From sequence record SRR31156797_3865: 33,713 nucleotides of DNA. One strand, written 5' to 3'. The notes beneath the pieces were generated by a model. It was not told the origin of the DNA. It ran no database searches and saw only the letters and a program-made list of their open reading frames with translations. How positions within the stretch are numbered: position 1 is the first letter of the stretch; each line of letters begins with the position of its first letter. The translations under genes and the position numbers were made by a program. Shown piece by piece: positions 8,307-16,827 of the stretch.

Positions 8307-9929
8307 ATGGAAAGTACTCAAGCAACGAATCACGTAAGTTATCTTCAACATAAGCCATATAAAAGAGGCATATTTAACTGGATACTTTCGACAGATCATA
8401 AAAGAATTGGATTGCTCTATTTGTATTCGATTATGGTGTTCTTTTTAGTGGCAGCGTTTCTTGGTTTGCTGATGCGAATTGAAAAATTTGCCCCCGGAGA
8501 AACCATAATGGATGCCCAAACATATAATGGAGTATTTACAGTACATGGAATCATAATGATATTTATAATAGTGATTCCGGGATTAGCCGCAGTATTTGGG
8601 AACTTCTTTCTTCCCATATTAATTGGAGCAAAAGATGTAGCCTTTCCGAAGCTTAACTTGTTTTCATGGTACATTTATATTGCCGGTGCAATCTTAGCTT
8701 TGGTGAGCCAATTTGCGGCAGGAGGCGCTCCAGACACAGGGTGGACCTTTTATGTTCCATACAGTGCGGATAGCTCTACTAATGTGATTTGGGCTTTGAC
8801 AGCTGCTTTTATTTTGGGTTTTTCATCCATATTAACTGGTCTTAATTTTATCGTAACTATTCATAGGTTGAGAGCCAAAGGAATGACCTGGTTTAAAATG
8901 CCGCTCTTCCCTTGGGCTATATATGCTACTTCATGGATTCAGGTTTTAGCCACACCAATTGTAGGTATTACTTTATTAATGGTAATTGCTGAGCGTGTGC
9001 TAAATATTGGATTCTTTGATCCTGCATTAGGTGGCGACCCTATTCTATTCCAGCATTTGTTCTGGATTTATTCTCACCCGGCTGTTTATATTATGATTTT
9101 GCCGGCCATGGGTGTGGTCACAGAAATATTCCCGACTTTTAGTCAAAAACCGGTATTTGGTTATACTGCCATCGCACTTTCCAGTGTGGCAATTGCTGCT
9201 GTAGGATATTTTGTTTGGGGACACCATATGTTTACCACCGGTATTAGTTACTGGTCAAGGTGGTTTTTCTCCTTCCTGACTTTCATTGTGGCTGTACCAA
9301 GTGCCATTAAAGTATTTAACTGGATATCAACCATGTACGGTGGATCTATTGATTTGAAACCACCGCTTTTATGGGCCATAGGATTTATTTTTCTATTTAT
9401 GATCGGTGGTTTAACAGGACTTGTGTTGGGAGCGTTAGCTACTAATGTGCATACCCACGATACAACTTTTGTGGTAGCACACTTTCATTATATCATATTT
9501 GGAGGAATGGGATTTGCTTTCTTTGCCGGATTGCACTATTGGTTCCCTAAAATGTATGGGAAAATGTATAATATCAAAATGGCCAATATTTCATTTATAA
9601 TAACCTTTATTGGTTTTAATGTTCTTTATTTCCCATTATTTATTATTGGTTTACAAGGTATGCCACGTAGGTATTTTGATTATTTCCCTGAATATCAATA
9701 TGGCCATGTGATTTCAACAGTTGGAGCATTTATATTAATTGCTGGTATTCTAATTATGTTGTATAATTTATTTCATGGTGCACGTAAGGGTGAAAAAGCG
9801 CCTTCAAATCCATGGAAAGGTGTTACGCTTGAGTGGAAAATTGAATCTCCACCAACACTGTTAAATTTTGAAGAAGAACCAGTGATTACTGAGAGACCAT
9901 ATACATTTAAAAAGGAACCAGAAGCTTAA
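8307..9929 (+). CDS. ctaD: Cytochrome c oxidase subunit I, A2-type haem-copper oxygen reductase
   Basis: TDHKRIG, FTVHG, DVAFPKLN, GWTFY, YSHPAVY (A2 YS motif), WGHHMF, AVPSAIKVFNW, VAHFHY and GMPRRY. Confidence 0.97.
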   Translation: MESTQATNHVSYLQHKPYKRGIFNWILSTDHKRIGLLYLYSIMVFFLVAAFLGLLMRIEKFAPGETIMDAQTYNGVFTVHGIIMIFIIVIPGLAAVFGNFFLPILIGAKDVAFPKLNLFSWYIYIAGAILALVSQFAAGGAPDTGWTFYVPYSADSSTNVIWALTAAFILGFSSILTGLNFIVTIHRLRAKGMTWFKMPLFPWAIYATSWIQVLATPIVGITLLMVIAERVLNIGFFDPALGGDPILFQHLFWIYSHPAVYIMILPAMGVVTEIFPTFSQKPVFGYTAIALSSVAIAAVGYFVWGHHMFTTGISYWSRWFFSFLTFIVAVPSAIKVFNWISTMYGGSIDLKPPLLWAIGFIFLFMIGGLTGLVLGALATNVHTHDTTFVVAHFHYIIFGGMGFAFFAGLHYWFPKMYGKMYNIKMANISFIITFIGFNVLYFPLFIIGLQGMPRRYFDYFPEYQYGHVISTVGAFILIAGILIMLYNLFHGARKGEKAPSNPWKGVTLEWKIESPPTLLNFEEEPVITERPYTFKKEPEA

Positions 9930-9940
9930 TATTATTGCAT

Positions 9941-10540
9941 ATGTCACACGAATTTAATGATGATGTAGGTAAGAAAATGGGAATGTGGATTTTTATATTC
10001 ACTGAGTTATTCCTGTTTGGAGGCCTGTTTTTAGTTTACGCTGTATTTCGCGCTGAGTATACAGAAGGATTTCATAAAGCAGCAGCTGGTCTAGATGCAT
10101 TTGTGGGCACACTGAATACTGTCATATTACTAGCCAGTAGTGCTACTGTTGCAATGTCCATTACTGCAGTTCAGAAAGGAAATTATAAGTTAGCCAAACG
10201 ATTTATCATAGCCACAATATTATTTGCTCTTGCGTTTATGGTAAATAAATATTTCGAATGGGGACATAAGTTTGAAATTAAGCTTTATCCAGGGTCAGAT
10301 ATTATGGATCAACTGAGCAATGGTGAAGTTCTGTTTTTTGGACTTTACTATATGATGACCGGACTTCATGCGCTTCACGTTGTGGTGGGTGTTGTATTGC
10401 TAGCAATTAGCTATTTCAAAGTGAAATCAGGTTCAGTACATAGCCAAAAATTCATATTTCTTGAAAATAGTGGTTTATATTGGCACCTTGTTGATTTTAT
10501 TTGGATATTCCTTTTCCCATTAATGTATTTGGTAACTTAA
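9941..10540 (+). CDS. ctaE: Cytochrome c oxidase subunit III
   Basis: GMWIFIFTELFLFGGLF, NTVILLASS, TGLHALHV and GLYWHLVDFIWIFLFPLMY; ATG at 9941. Confidence 0.95.
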   Translation: MSHEFNDDVGKKMGMWIFIFTELFLFGGLFLVYAVFRAEYTEGFHKAAAGLDAFVGTLNTVILLASSATVAMSITAVQKGNYKLAKRFIIATILFALAFMVNKYFEWGHKFEIKLYPGSDIMDQLSNGEVLFFGLYYMMTGLHALHVVVGVVLLAISYFKVKSGSVHSQKFIFLENSGLYWHLVDFIWIFLFPLMYLVT

Positions 10541-10550
10541 TTAGAGAGCT

Positions 10551-10835
10551 ATGGAAGATAAGAAACAACATATTTCCAGTTTTAACTCATTACTAATGGT
10601 ACTAATCGGACTATTTATCATGACTGGTATTTCAGTAATGGTTACGGAAATACACTTTAGTACTTTTTCAGTTGGAGTGGCATTATTATTAGCGTCTATT
10701 AAAGGTTATTTGGTTTTAACTTATTTTATGCACCTTAAATATGACGAGCCCATATTTCGAATAATGGTTTTATTAATACTATTATTATTCGCAATTGTCA
10801 TTGGTATTACATTTATAGATTATTTATTACGCTAA
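10551..10835 (+). CDS. ctaF: Cytochrome c oxidase subunit IV (caa3-type)
   Basis: Three TMs; K..LV..YFMHLKYD motif; located between subunits III and II. Confidence 0.88.
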   Translation: MEDKKQHISSFNSLLMVLIGLFIMTGISVMVTEIHFSTFSVGVALLLASIKGYLVLTYFMHLKYDEPIFRIMVLLILLLFAIVIGITFIDYLLR

Positions 10836-10847
10836 AACCCATTTGAT

Positions 10848-11765
10848 ATGTTTTCAGGAGCATCAAATTTTGTAGAAGGAGTTGACACGGCATTTGCTTT
10901 TATTTTTGGAGTATCAGCCTTCTTTATTATTGCCATTACGGCATTCATGATATATACAGTTATTCGTTTCAAACGTAAGAAAGTTAAAAATGCTAAGCAG
11001 TTCAGAGGTAGTCTGACACTTGAATTAGTATGGACTATAATCCCTACTGCATTAGTATTAATGATGTTTTACTATGGATATATGGGTTTTGCACCTATGC
11101 GTAATGTGCCGGACAATGTAATGGAGGTTGACGCCATTGGTCGCATGTGGGAATGGGAATTTGTATATGATAATGGAAAATCATCCAAAGACCTTGTAAT
11201 ACCTGTGAACAGACCTGTCAAACTTAACCTAATATCCGAAGATGTAAATCACAGTTTGTTTATTCCAGCATTCAGGGTAAAGGAGGATTTGGTTCCGGGA
11301 TATGATAACTATATGTGGTTTACTCCATACTATATTGGTGATTATGAGATACTTTGTACTGAATATTGTGGCATGCTTCATTCGGCCATGACAGCCGAAG
11401 CAAAAGTAGTGGATAGTGCCGAATTTGATAAGTGGTATGCTGACTTATCTGCTCAAAAAGAGGAGGTGAAACCAGAGGGATTTGAAATTGCTAAATCTAA
11501 TGGTTGCTTTGCTTGTCACTCCAGAGATGGCAGTAAGCTTGTAGGTAGCACATTCAAAGGAATTTTTGGAAGTGAGAAAGTTGTAATTACAGATGGTAAG
11601 GAACGAACCATTACAGTGGATGAAGCTTACTTAAAAAATTCTATACTTCACCCGGATGATGATGTTGTAAAAGGCTTTAATAAAGGCTTAATGCAATCAT
11701 ATGAAGGTGTTATATCTGATGAAGATATTGATAAAATTGTAGAATACTTAAAAACAGAGAAGTAA
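10848..11765 (+). CDS. ctaC: Cytochrome c oxidase subunit II with fused C-terminal cytochrome c
   Basis: LELVWTIIP, WEWEF, DVNHSLFIP, CuA motif CTEYCGMLHSAM, and haem motif CFACH. Confidence 0.96.
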   Translation: MFSGASNFVEGVDTAFAFIFGVSAFFIIAITAFMIYTVIRFKRKKVKNAKQFRGSLTLELVWTIIPTALVLMMFYYGYMGFAPMRNVPDNVMEVDAIGRMWEWEFVYDNGKSSKDLVIPVNRPVKLNLISEDVNHSLFIPAFRVKEDLVPGYDNYMWFTPYYIGDYEILCTEYCGMLHSAMTAEAKVVDSAEFDKWYADLSAQKEEVKPEGFEIAKSNGCFACHSRDGSKLVGSTFKGIFGSEKVVITDGKERTITVDEAYLKNSILHPDDDVVKGFNKGLMQSYEGVISDEDIDKIVEYLKTEK

Positions 11766-11790
11766 AAAAATCATTTAACTTTTTAACTAA

Positions 11791-12648
11791 TTGGCAAATA
11801 GGTTGACCATATTATTTAAACTTATTCGCATAAAACTTTCCCTTGCCGTCACTTTATCGGCAACTATTGGGTATGTTTTTGCCGGAGGTGATGATTTTGC
11901 CATTGGGCTAGGCATTGCTTTTGGAGTGATGCTATTATCATCGGCTTCGTCTGTATTGAATCAGATGCAGGAGTCAGATTATGATGCCAAAATGAATAGA
12001 ACAAAAAATCGTCCATTGGCAAAAGAAGTTGTTTCAGAAAAATATGCAGTAAGGTTATTCGCATTACTTTTAATATCAGGGAGCATACTTCTTGCAACTA
12101 TTAGCACATGGTCTGCCATTATTGGTTTAATTACAATTGCAATATATAACCTGGTTTATACACCATTAAAAAGAAAAAGTGGATTGGCCATTTTTCCTGG
12201 TGCTGTTGTTGGAGCATTACCACCCGTATTAGGTTGGGTAGGTCATTCTCCGCATATTTTTGAATTGGGTATAGTGTTACTGGCTGGTTTTATGTTTTTA
12301 TGGCAAGTGCCTCATTTTCTACTACTATCTTATAAATATAAAGATGAATATTTAGAAGCAGGTTTTAAGGTACCCATAGAAAGCTTGAATGAATTGCAAA
12401 CAAAATTAATGCTAGGTTTATGGATAATTACGACATCTCTTATTGCGCTTTTATTTCCGCTCTATGGTCTTGTGAGTAATAGCTATGTTTTAATTGGGAT
12501 ACTAGCTCTTAATGTGTCATTAATTTTAGTTTTCTTCAAACTGGCTTTTGGAAGAACCAGAACGAAAAGCTCATCTAAGTTGCATGTTTACATTAGTTTA
12601 TACATGTTGTTGTTTTTAGTGCTAATTGCTATCGATACATTATTGTAA
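11791..12648 (+). CDS. cyoE: Protohaem IX farnesyltransferase (haem O synthase)
   Basis: D..MNRTKNRPL, YNLVYTPLKR, GA.PP..GW, WQVPHF and Y..AG motifs; TTG start. Confidence 0.92.
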   Translation: MANRLTILFKLIRIKLSLAVTLSATIGYVFAGGDDFAIGLGIAFGVMLLSSASSVLNQMQESDYDAKMNRTKNRPLAKEVVSEKYAVRLFALLLISGSILLATISTWSAIIGLITIAIYNLVYTPLKRKSGLAIFPGAVVGALPPVLGWVGHSPHIFELGIVLLAGFMFLWQVPHFLLLSYKYKDEYLEAGFKVPIESLNELQTKLMLGLWIITTSLIALLFPLYGLVSNSYVLIGILALNVSLILVFFKLAFGRTRTKSSSKLHVYISLYMLLFLVLIAIDTLL

Positions 12649-12708
12649 ATAAATGGTATAGGTAATACTTTAAAATATGGTTGGAATATTGTAATTTGCA
12701 ACCATAAT

Positions 12709-12732
12709 GATTAAGAATTAGATTAAGAATTA
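12709..12732 (+). repeat. Perfect 12-bp tandem duplication GATTAAGAATTA x2 ending at the tatA start
   Basis: Seen directly at 12709-12720 and 12721-12732. Confidence 0.8.
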
Positions 12733-12965
12733 TGATAAATACATTATTGACAGTTGTTTTAGGAATTATTGGTGGCCCGGAAATTATTATCATTGCCATC
12801 ATTATTTTAGTTTTGTTTGGTGGTCGTAAAATTCCTGAACTTATGAAAGGCCTTGGTAAAGGAATGAAGGAATTCAAAGAGGCCAGCAAAGATACTGAGG
12901 ATACAATTAAGAAAGAGCGTGAGGATTTAAACCGCTCTATTAATGGGAATTCAGATAAGAAATAG
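12732..12965 (+). CDS. tatA: Twin-arginine translocase TatA/E
   Basis: GGPEIIIIAIIILVLFGGRKIPELMKGLGKGMKEFK. Confidence 0.95.
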   Translation: MINTLLTVVLGIIGGPEIIIIAIIILVLFGGRKIPELMKGLGKGMKEFKEASKDTEDTIKKEREDLNRSINGNSDKK

Positions 12966-13009
12966 GGTCTGTATCAAATCCCAACTACTCTAAAGTAACA
13001 TAGCATAGA

Positions 13010-13846
13010 ATGCGACGTCTTTTTTCAAGGAAAAAAGTTTCAGAGGACGAGATGAGTTTTTTCGAGCACTTAGAAGTGCTTCGATTTACTATTATTCGAT
13101 CTGTATTAGCTATTATGCTATTTGCAATTGTGGCTTTTGTGTTTAAGGAGTTTATTTTTAATACAATAATTCTTGGACCACAAAAAGCTGATTTCATTAC
13201 AAATTTATTTTTATGCAAACTTGGAAATTTGATTGGTTCAGAAGCCATTTGCATCAATCAAAAAGCCCTGACCATAATCAATATTGAATTGGCCGGGCAG
13301 TTTAAATCTCATTTAGTGATTTCATTAACTGCCGGTTTGGTAATAGGAATGCCTTTTGTGCTAAGGGAAATCTGGGCGTTTGTAAAACCTGCTTTGGGTA
13401 AAAAGGAACGGAGAGGTTACCACTTTTCATTGTTTTTATCATCATTGCTGTTTTTTATCGGTGTTTCATTTGGTTATTATGTATTAAGTCCTATTACAAT
13501 TGATTTTCTTGGAACTTATGTATTAGATGAAGCAATACAAAATACCATTCGATTAGGTTCTTATATTAGGACAATCTCAATGCTATGTTTGGCTACCGGT
13601 ATTGCTTTTGAAATGCCTCTTATTATTTTATTCTTAACTATTAACAGGGTTATTTCAGCTAGATTTTTAATCAAGTATCGCAAGCATGTTGTGATATTCT
13701 TTTTCATTATATCTGCTATTATTACACCACCTGACGTAATTAGCCAATTTTTAGTAGCTATACCGTTGTATTTACTTTACGAAATATGTATACGCATTGC
13801 CAAAAGAATTGGACGCAGGTTGGAATTAAAAGATCAAATGCAATAG
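13010..13846 (+). CDS. tatC: Twin-arginine translocase TatC
   Basis: EMSFFEHLEVLR, EIWAFVKPAL, FEMP and SAIITPPDVISQ..VAIPLYLLYE. Confidence 0.95.
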   Translation: MRRLFSRKKVSEDEMSFFEHLEVLRFTIIRSVLAIMLFAIVAFVFKEFIFNTIILGPQKADFITNLFLCKLGNLIGSEAICINQKALTIINIELAGQFKSHLVISLTAGLVIGMPFVLREIWAFVKPALGKKERRGYHFSLFLSSLLFFIGVSFGYYVLSPITIDFLGTYVLDEAIQNTIRLGSYIRTISMLCLATGIAFEMPLIILFLTINRVISARFLIKYRKHVVIFFFIISAIITPPDVISQFLVAIPLYLLYEICIRIAKRIGRRLELKDQMQ

Positions 13847-13953
13847 AGAATTTTTTTAATCTCAGTGATTTGTTTTTGAATATGTAACCCTGGTTATTAT
13901 CAAAGAATTTCCATTTTTTCATAACTTTAGCATAACTATTTAAATATCATATC

Positions 13954-15516
13954 ATGAAAAAATTATATCTAATAATCATATTGTTTGTATTTATTGCTTG
14001 TCAACCTAAATCTGAAAAGCAGAATGTTGATTCAGGTATATTTAATTTAGAAGAGTTTACCATTGCAGCATTACAAAAAGCTTATGATAGTGGTGACTTA
14101 ACTATTGTGCAAGTTGTAAAGCAATATTTACAACGAATAGAACAAATAGATAAGAATGGACCACAATTAAATTCAATTATTGCCATTAATCCTGATGCAT
14201 TAGCAATTGCTGAGCAATTAGATAATGAATTAAAAAACGGAAATAAAAGGGGCCCTTTACATGGAATTCCTATTGTTTTGAAAGATAACATAGACACACA
14301 CGATAAAATGCCAACCACTGCCGGCAGTAGGGCGTTAGCTAAGTCATTTCCAGATCAGGATAGTTATGTGGCAAAGCAACTTCGGGAAGCAGGAGCGGTG
14401 ATAATAGGTAAAGCCAATTTAAGTGAGTGGGCAAATTTCAGAGGAGAAATGTCTACTTCAGGTTGGAGTGGAGTAGGTGGTCAAACAAAAAATCCTTATG
14501 ATACACAACGCAATCCTTGTGGAAGTAGCTCTGGAAGTGCTGTGGCTGTTTCGGCGAACTTAACAATGTTGGCAATTGGCACAGAAACAAATGGTTCCAT
14601 TGTGTGTCCTTCACATGCTAATGGAGTGGTGGGAATAAAGCCTACGGTTGGTTTGGTAAGCAGATCAGGAATTATTCCTATTTCTTTTACGCAGGATATT
14701 GCCGGACCAATGGCCAGAACCGTAACCGATGCTGCAATATGTCTTGGTGCTTTAACAGGAGTTGACAAAAACGATTCAAAAAGTATGGAAAGTGATGGGC
14801 ATTTTTATAAAGATTATACTCAGTTCCTAAATACCGATGGTATAAGCGGAAAAAGAATAGGTATATATACTGCACCCATGAGAATGAATTATAAAGTTGA
14901 TACTCTTTTCAAACAGGCCATAGCTTTTTTTAAGCAAAGCGGTGCTGAAGTTATAGAAATTGATCGTATTGGAGCGCAAGGGGTTGGAGGGCATTCTTTT
15001 CAGGTGATGTTGCACGAATACAAAGATGGTTTAAATAAATATTTTGAATCTTTAGGAGATGATGCACCAATTAAAAGTGTAGAGGAATTAATAGCCTTTA
15101 ATGCAAGGGACTCGGTCGAATTAATATATTTTAATCAAAAATATCTTGAAATGGCCAATGATAAAGAAGGATTAGATTCTGAGTCTTATAAAAATGCGCT
15201 TCAAAGTTTAATGAAAGGAGCAAGAGAAGAAGGGTTAGATAAGGTGTTGAAAGAAAATAATCTGGATGCTATTATTGCACCAACGGGTTCTCCCGCCTGG
15301 TATACAGACTGGGTTAATGGAGACAGCTATCAGTTAGGTAGCTCATCACCAGCTGCTCAAGCTGGTTATCCAAATATTACAGTTCCAATGGGGTTTATAA
15401 ATGATTTGCCTGTAGGAGTTTCAATTTTTGGAGCAGCCTGGAGTGAACCAATTTTGATCGAAATTGCATATTCATACGAACAAGGAACCATGCATAGAAG
15501 AGCCCCAGATTTATAG
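13954..15516 (+). CDS. Amidase-signature family lipoprotein
   Basis: Lipobox FIAC; RGPLHGIPIVLKDN, GKANLSEWAN, GSSSGSA and GTETNGSI (Ser-cisSer-Lys triad). Confidence 0.93.
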   Translation: MKKLYLIIILFVFIACQPKSEKQNVDSGIFNLEEFTIAALQKAYDSGDLTIVQVVKQYLQRIEQIDKNGPQLNSIIAINPDALAIAEQLDNELKNGNKRGPLHGIPIVLKDNIDTHDKMPTTAGSRALAKSFPDQDSYVAKQLREAGAVIIGKANLSEWANFRGEMSTSGWSGVGGQTKNPYDTQRNPCGSSSGSAVAVSANLTMLAIGTETNGSIVCPSHANGVVGIKPTVGLVSRSGIIPISFTQDIAGPMARTVTDAAICLGALTGVDKNDSKSMESDGHFYKDYTQFLNTDGISGKRIGIYTAPMRMNYKVDTLFKQAIAFFKQSGAEVIEIDRIGAQGVGGHSFQVMLHEYKDGLNKYFESLGDDAPIKSVEELIAFNARDSVELIYFNQKYLEMANDKEGLDSESYKNALQSLMKGAREEGLDKVLKENNLDAIIAPTGSPAWYTDWVNGDSYQLGSSSPAAQAGYPNITVPMGFINDLPVGVSIFGAAWSEPILIEIAYSYEQGTMHRRAPDL

Positions 15517-15520
15517 TATA

Positions 15521-15569
15521 GTTTTGAGTATTGAGTTTCGAGAGTTGAGTTTTGAGTGGCGAGTTGAGA
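15521..15569. repeat. Heptamer tandem repeat GNNNNGA x7
   Basis: gttttga gtattga gtttcga gagttga gttttga gtggcga gttgaga, starting 4 nt after the amidase stop. Confidence 0.8.
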
Positions 15570-15799
15570 GAATTAGGGAAGTTAATTGAGGTCTTTGGGT
15601 TTATTGACAGAAATAGCCGAATAATCTAATTGTTATTGGGAAAGTTAGTGTTATTTACTGAATACAATTCAGCGCGTTCTTGAAGATGGTTAATGAGGTT
15701 ATCGTTAGAAATTGGTATTCCTTAAAATTTGATGCTAAAAGTACAATGCCTGAGGGATTGAATGTCTATAGCCACGGGCGAAGCTTCTGAAATTAATCG

Positions 15800-15866
15800 T
15801 AGCGTTATACCCGCCGCAATATATGCAATAATCGGAGACGATTTTTATCCATCGGCGGTTTAGCTA
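15800..15866. other. GC-rich nested palindromic element between convergent genes
   Basis: CCGCCG (15811-15816) pairs with CGGCGG (15853-15858); inner AATCG-GAGA-CGATT hairpin (15830-15843); outer TAGC/GCTA. Confidence 0.45.
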
Positions 15867-15887
15867 TTAAATTGATTGATAAAATTG

Positions 15888-16760
15888 TTATAGGAAAATC
15901 ATTAATATAGCAAAGGTGGCTATTGATAATGCAATTCCAAACTTATTCATAATAGATAGCTTTTCCCTGAAAATAAATAGTGCTGCTATTATCGATGCCA
16001 GTACTACACCAGTATTGTTAAGTGCAATTACAATTGAGTTATTTAGTTCAAGCGCATTTAGAGCATTAATAAGAAAGTACATTGACCCAAAGTTTGCTAA
16101 TCCAATTAATATGCCGCTGAGTAATGTTTTGGGTTTTAGTATGGATAGTTTATTCTTTTGGAAAAAGATAAGTACAATGCTCCAAAATGCTGAAAATCCA
16201 AATGTTAAGAATGAAAATGCCGAACTGTCTATTTCATTCTTAATATAAAAAGTTTGGGAAAACTTAACGATTGAATCAGCCACTCCTAATAGTACAAACA
16301 ACATAGCAGGAAGAAGCATTATAAACAATGATTCAATGGTTTTTCGTCTCTTTTTATAGACTGTTAGAAAAACCGCAATCATTGCCATAAGCAGAAGAAT
16401 CAGTTTTGTACTGGAATAATGGTCTTTATCATCAATCATGATTGAAAAGAACATTGGAAATACAAAAGACATTTTTGAAGCTACAGTGGTTAATGCAATT
16501 CCTGCTTTTCGTGTTGAAAGGCCGATGAGGAAGAATGTAAAAACAAACAAACTGCCCACAAAAGCAGCGGGCCAATACCATTCTAATGGAATCTCAGCTA
16601 CTTTTTCAAATGTTAGTCCGGCATTAAAATATCCGAATCCACTTGCTATAAAATAGTTTATGATAATGGGATGAATTACAGGAATATTATGCTTGTCAGT
16701 TACTTTAAAAATAACAAGAATAACAAAACTAGAGAGTATACTAAGTATTAAGAATAACAT
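15888..16760 (-). CDS. EamA/DMT-family transporter; probable start ATG 16760
   Basis: About 10 TMs; Bacteroidota-type MLFLILSILSS, INY, and FREKLS..N..GI motifs. Confidence 0.85.
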   Translation of the reverse strand: MLFLILSILSSFVILVIFKVTDKHNIPVIHPIIINYFIASGFGYFNAGLTFEKVAEIPLEWYWPAAFVGSLFVFTFFLIGLSTRKAGIALTTVASKMSFVFPMFFSIMIDDKDHYSSTKLILLLMAMIAVFLTVYKKRRKTIESLFIMLLPAMLFVLLGVADSIVKFSQTFYIKNEIDSSAFSFLTFGFSAFWSIVLIFFQKNKLSILKPKTLLSGILIGLANFGSMYFLINALNALELNNSIVIALNNTGVVLASIIAALFIFREKLSIMNKFGIALSIATFAILMIFL

Positions 16761-16778
16761 TGGCACATTTTTGTGCGG

Positions 16779-16786
16779 CAAAGATA
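16779..16786 (-). promoter_or_regulatory. Bacteroidota -7 promoter box TATCTTTG(C) for the DMT gene
   Basis: Exact TAnnTTTG on the minus strand 18 nt upstream of ATG 16760; it overlaps the TTG used as start in the ORF track. Confidence 0.7.
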
Positions 16787-16827
16787 GAGATGTAATTGAA
16801 ATAAATAGTCGTCAATTTTTAATTTGT

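Noticed and set aside
15795-15870. Integron attC site (GTTATAC core)
   Set aside because: No properly placed complementary RYYYAAC/GTTRRRY pair, cassette ORF or integrase.
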